Assembly (NCBI GenBank): GCA_964016885.1 | Contig: OZ024743.1 | Location: 139,934,001-139,998,000 of the forward strand | Length of the DNA stretch: 64,000 bases | From: Eledone cirrhosa | Lineage: Eukaryota | Direction of reading: 5' to 3' | Shown: in pieces, positions 59,301 through 64,000 of the stretch | Layout: every line of letters starts with the position of its first letter | Numbering within the stretch: the stretch's first letter is position 1 | Position numbers and translations under genes: made by a program | Notes under the pieces: model-generated | The model's input: only the letters and a program-made list of their open reading frames with translations | Told to the model about the DNA's origin: nothing | Databases searched by the model: none

Positions 59301-61500
59301 CCAAGCACCAAGCACCAAACACCAAACACCAAGCACGCAGCATCAAACACCAAGCACCAAGCACCAAGCACCAAACACCAAGCACCAAGCACCAAACACC
59401 AAGCACCAAACACAAAGCACCATGCACCAAACACCAAGCACCAAGCACCAAACACCAAGCACCAAGCACCAAACACCAAAGCACAAGCACCAAACACCAA
59501 ACCACAAGCACCAAGCACCAAACACTAATCACCAAGCACCAAGCACCAAACAACGAGCACCAAGCACCAAGCACCAGGCACCAAGCACCAAGCACCAAAC
59601 ACTAATCACCAAGCACCAAGCACCAAGCACCAAACACCATGCACCAAGCACCAAGCACCAAAAACCAAGCACCAAGCACCAAACACCAAACACCAAGATC
59701 CAAAGACCAAGCACCAAGCACCAAGCACCAACCACCCAGCACCAAGCACCAAGCACCAAACACCAAGCACCAAACACCAAACACCAAGCACCAAGCACCA
59801 AGCACCAAGCACCAAGCACCAAGCACCAAGCACCAAACACCAAGCACCAAGCACTAAGCACCAAACACAAAGCCCCAAGTACCAAGCACCAAACACCAAA
59901 CACCAAGCACCAAGCACCAATCACCAAACACCAAGAACCAAGCACCAAACACCAAGGCCCTAGGACCAAGCACCAGGCACCAAGCACCAAGCACCAAACA
60001 CAAAACACCAAGCACCAAGCACCAAGCAGCAAACACCAAGCATCAAACACCAAACACCAAACACCAAGCACCAAACACCAAGCACCAAGCACCAAACACC
60101 AAACACCAAGCACCAAGCACCAAGCACCAAACACCAAACACCAAGCACCATACACCAAACACCAAGCAGCAAGCACCAAACACCAAACAACAAGCACCAG
60201 GCACCAAGCACCAAACACCAAACACCAAGCACGCAGCATCAAACACCAAGCACCAAGCACCAAACACCAAGCACCAAGCACCAAGCACAAAGTACCAAGC
60301 ACCAAACACCAAACACCAAACACCAAGCACCATACACCAAACACCAAGCAGCAAGCACCAAACACCAAACACCAAACACGCATCACCAAACACCAAGCAC
60401 CAAGCAACAAGCACCTAAAACCAAGCACCAAGCACCAAGCACCAAACACCAAACACCAAACACCAAGCACCAAGCACCAAACACCAAGCACCAAACACCA
60501 AACCCCAAGCACCAATCACCAAACACTAATCACCAAGCACCAAGCACCAAACACCGAGCACCAAGCAGCAAGCACCAAACACCAAGCACCAAGCACCAAA
60601 CACCAAACCCCAAGCACCACAGACCAAGCACCAAGCACCAAGAAACAAACACCAAGCACCAAGCACCAAGCACCAAACACCAAGCACCAAGCACCAAACA
60701 CCCAGCACCAAGCACCAAGCATCAAACACCAAGCACCAAGCACCAAACACCAAACACCAAACACGAATCACCAAGCACTAAACAGCAAGCACCAAACACC
60801 AAACACCAAACAGCAAACACCAAACAGAAAACACCAAACACTAAACAGAAAAGAGCAAACGCCAAACACCAAACACCAAACACCAAGCACCAAGAACCAA
60901 ACACCAAACACCAAACAGCAGGCACCAAGCACCAAACACCAAGCACGAATCACCAAACACTAATCACCAAGCACCAAGCCCCAAACACCAAGCACCAAGC
61001 AGCAAGCACCAAACACCAAGAAACCAAGCACCAAACACCAAGCACCAAACACCAAGCACCAAGCACCAAACACCAAACCCCAAGCACCAAAGACCAAGCA
61101 CCAAGCACCAAGGACCAAACACCAAGCACCAAGCACCAAGCACCAAACACCAAGCACCAAGCAGCAAACACCCAGCACCAAGCACCAAGCACCAAACACC
61201 AAGCACCAAGCACCAAACACCAAACACAAAACACCAAGCATCAAGCACCAAGCACCAAACACCAAACACCAAACACCAAGCACCAAGCACCAAACACCAA
61301 ATACCAAGCACCAAGAACTAAACACCAAACACCAAGCACCAAGCACCAAACACCAAGAACCAAGCACCAAGCCCCTAGCACCAAACACCAAACACCAAAC
61401 ACCAAACACCAAGCAGCAAGCAGCAAGCACCAAACACGAACGACCAAGCACCAAGCACCAAATACCAAACACCAAGCCCCAAGGACCAAACATCAAACAC
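53374..61500 (+). repeat. Tandem duplication of a ~4.4-4.5 kb macro-unit (offset 4542, falling to 4410 then 4390)
   Basis: GATATC at 53390/57932. ORF pairs 53884/58426, 54026/58568 and 55060/59602 (offset 4542), and 56312/60722 (offset 4410). Private markers CAGAAAAGAGCAAACG and CACGAACGACC occur in both copies. Confidence 0.92.
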
Positions 61501-62900
61501 CAAACACCAAGAACCAAGCACCAAACACCAAGCACCAAGCACCAAGCACAAAACACCAAGCACCAAGCGCTAAACATAAAACACTAAGCACCAAGCACCA
61601 AGCACCAAGCACCAAACACCAAACATCATACACCAATCACCAAACATCAAACAGCAAACACCAAACACCAAACACCAAACATCAAACAACAAATGCCAAA
61701 CATCAAACGCCAAACACCAAACACCAAATACAAACACCAAACCGCAAACACCAAACACCAAACAGGAAACACCAAACACCAAACAGCGAACAGCAAACAG
61801 CAAACACCAAACACCAAGCACCAAGCACCAAGCACAAAACACCAAGCACCAAGCGCCAAACACCAAACACCAAGCACCAAGCACCAAACACCAAGCACCA
61901 AACACCAAACACCAAGCACCAAGCGCCAAACACCAAATACCAAGCACCAAGCACTAAACACCAAACACCAAGCACCAAGCACCAAGCACCAAGCACCAAA
62001 CACCAAGTACCAAGCACCAAGCACCAAGCACCAAGCACCAAACACAAAACACCAAGTACCAAGCACCAAGCACCAAACACCAAACACCAAACACCAAGCA
62101 CCGAGCACCAAACACCAAATACCAAGCTCCAAGCACCAAACACCAAATACCAAGCACCAAGCACCAAACCCCAAGCACCAAACACCAAGCACCAATCACC
62201 ATACACCAAACACCAAGAACCAAGCACCAAACACCAAGCACCAAGCACCAAGCACAAAACACCAAGCACCAAGCGCTAAACATAAAACACTAAGCACCAA
62301 GCACCAAGCACCAAGCACCAAACACCAAACATCAAACACCAATCACCAAACATCAAACAGCAAACACCAAACACCAAACACCAAACATCAAACACCAAAC
62401 AGCAAACAACAAACAACAAATGCCAAACTTCAAACGCCAAACACCAAACACCAAATAGCAAACACCAAACCGCAAACACCAAACACCAAACAGGAAACAC
62501 CAAACACCAAACAGCGAACACCAAACAGCAAACACCAAACACCAAGCACCAAGCACCAAGCACAAAACACCAAGCACCAAGCGCCAAACACCAAACACCA
62601 AGCACCAAGCACCAAACACCAAGCACCAAACACCTAACACCAATCACCAAGCGCCAAACACCAAATACCAAGCACCAAGCACTAAACACCAAACACCAAG
62701 CAACAAGCACCAAGCATCAAGCACCAAGCACCAAACACCAAGCACCAAGCACCAAGCACCAAGCACCAAACACAAAACACCATGTACCAAGCACCAAGCA
62801 CCAAACAGCAAACACCAAACACCAAGCACCAAGCACCAGACACCAAGCACCAAGCACCAAGCACCAATCACCAAACACCAAGCACGAAGCACCAAACACC
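61500..62900 (+). repeat. Two-copy ~0.7-kb higher-order repeat of a distinct variant subfamily (offset 706 at its start)
   Basis: GCTAAACATAAAACACTAAGC at 61569 and 62275. Units AGGAAAC, CGCAAAC, AGCGAAC and AACAAAT-GCCAAAC occur in both copies and were not seen together earlier in the window. Confidence 0.88.
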
Positions 62901-64000
62901 AAACACCAAGCACGAAGCACCAAACACCAAACACCAAGCACCAAGCACCAAGCACCAAACACCAAGTACCAAGCACCAAGCACCAGACACCAAGCACCAA
63001 ACACCAAGCACCAAGCACCAAACACCAAACACCAAGCACCAAGCACCAAACACCAAATACCAAGCACCAAGCACCAAGCACCAAACACCAAGCACCAAGC
63101 ACCAAGCACCAAACACCAAGCACCAAATACCAAGCACCAGACACGAAGCACCAATCACCAAATACCAAACACCAAGCACCAAGCACCAAACACCAAACAC
63201 CAAACACCAGGCACCAAGCACCAATCACCAAGCACCAAGCAAAAAACACAAAGCACCAAGTACCAAGCACCAAACACCAAACACCAAACACCAGGCACCA
63301 AGCACCAAGCAGCAAGCACCAAGCACCAAGCACCAAGCACCAAACACCAAACACCAAGCACTAAGCACCAAACACCAAACACCAAGCACAAAGCACCAAA
63401 GAGCAAAAACAAAGCACCAAGCACCAAACACCAAACACCAAACACCAAACACCAAACAGCAAACACCAAACAGCAAACACCAAACAGCAAACAGCAAACA
63501 CCAAACACCAAACACCAAGCACCAAGTACCAAGCACAAACAACAACACCAAGCACCAAGCACCAAACACCAAGCACCAAGCACCAAACACCAAACACCAA
63601 GCTCCAAGCACCAAACACCAAACACCAAGCACCAAGCAGCAAACACCAATCACCAAGCACCAAGCACCAAACAACAAGCACCAAACACCAAGCACCAATC
63701 ACCAAACACCAAACACCAAGAACCAAGCACCAAACACATAACACCAAGCACCAAGCACCAAACACCAAGCACCAAGCACCAAGCACCAAACACCAAACAC
63801 CAAACACCAAGCACCTAGCACCAAACACCAAGCACCAAGCACCAAGCAACAAACACCAAGCACCAAGCACCAAACACCAAGCACCAAGCACGAAACACCA
63901 AGCACCAAGCACCGAGCACCAAACACCAAGTACCAAGCACCAATCACCAAACACCAAGCACCAAGCACCAAACACCAAACACCAAACACCTAGCACCAAG

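Larger units (their letters stand above)
1..64000 (+). repeat. Heptamer satellite array (ACCAAGC/ACCAAAC)n, ~9,140 units, one orientation, running off both window edges
   Basis: Every line parses into ACCAAGC or ACCAAAC, or point variants (ACTAATC, ACCAATC, ACCAGGC, AGCAAGC, ATCAAAC, CCCAAGC, ACCATGC etc.). Unit starts are at 5 mod 7 at the left edge and 1 mod 7 at the right edge, fully accounted for by the 15 mapped indel units. The + strand is A/C-rich and nearly T-free. Confidence 0.99.

Noticed and set aside
1-64000. CRISPR array or other repeat-spacer system
   Set aside because: There are no unique spacers, since sequence between any landmarks is the same heptamer. No leader or cas genes are present.
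1-64000. Synthetic sequence or sequencing-noise artefact
   Set aside because: Rare variants are shared hierarchically between distant copies and the register is kept, which fits real evolved satellite read at high accuracy. The exact copy number of the near-identical duplications still needs read-level confirmation.
1-64000. Direct telomerase product with a two-variant template
   Set aside because: Kilobase-long A/G patterns and point variants are duplicated exactly, which requires DNA-templated copying rather than repeated reverse transcription of a short RNA template.

Overview
The whole 64 kb is one uninterrupted, single-orientation tandem array of a 7-bp unit, ACCAA(G/A)C (minus strand G(C/T)TTGGT), about 9,140 copies. 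I found no unique sequence, gene, RNA gene, transposon or CRISPR spacer. All listed ORFs are translation artefacts: the unit has no stop codon on either strand and 7 is not a multiple of 3, so every frame yields the same 7-aa periodic peptide (TKHQAPS/TKHQTPN or WCLVLGA/WCLVFGV). The real structure lies in the variant units. (i) The A/G dimorphism is finely interspersed. (ii) The 7-bp register is broken at only 15 positions that I could map. (iii) There are nested near-identical segmental duplications with offsets of 1974, 4192, 4542/4410, 5305, 8590 and 706 bp. (iv) A finite library of ~80-500 bp variant-marked modules is reshuffled in different orders. (v) Regional haplotype layers switch near 23-26 kb, with a left-type island at ~43-45 kb and a new subfamily after ~61.5 kb. 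This fits a recombination-maintained satellite, most likely eukaryotic (centromeric/pericentromeric, subtelomeric or telomere-like). Organism and function cannot be determined from this window. All comparisons were made by eye, aided by ORF-track offsets.
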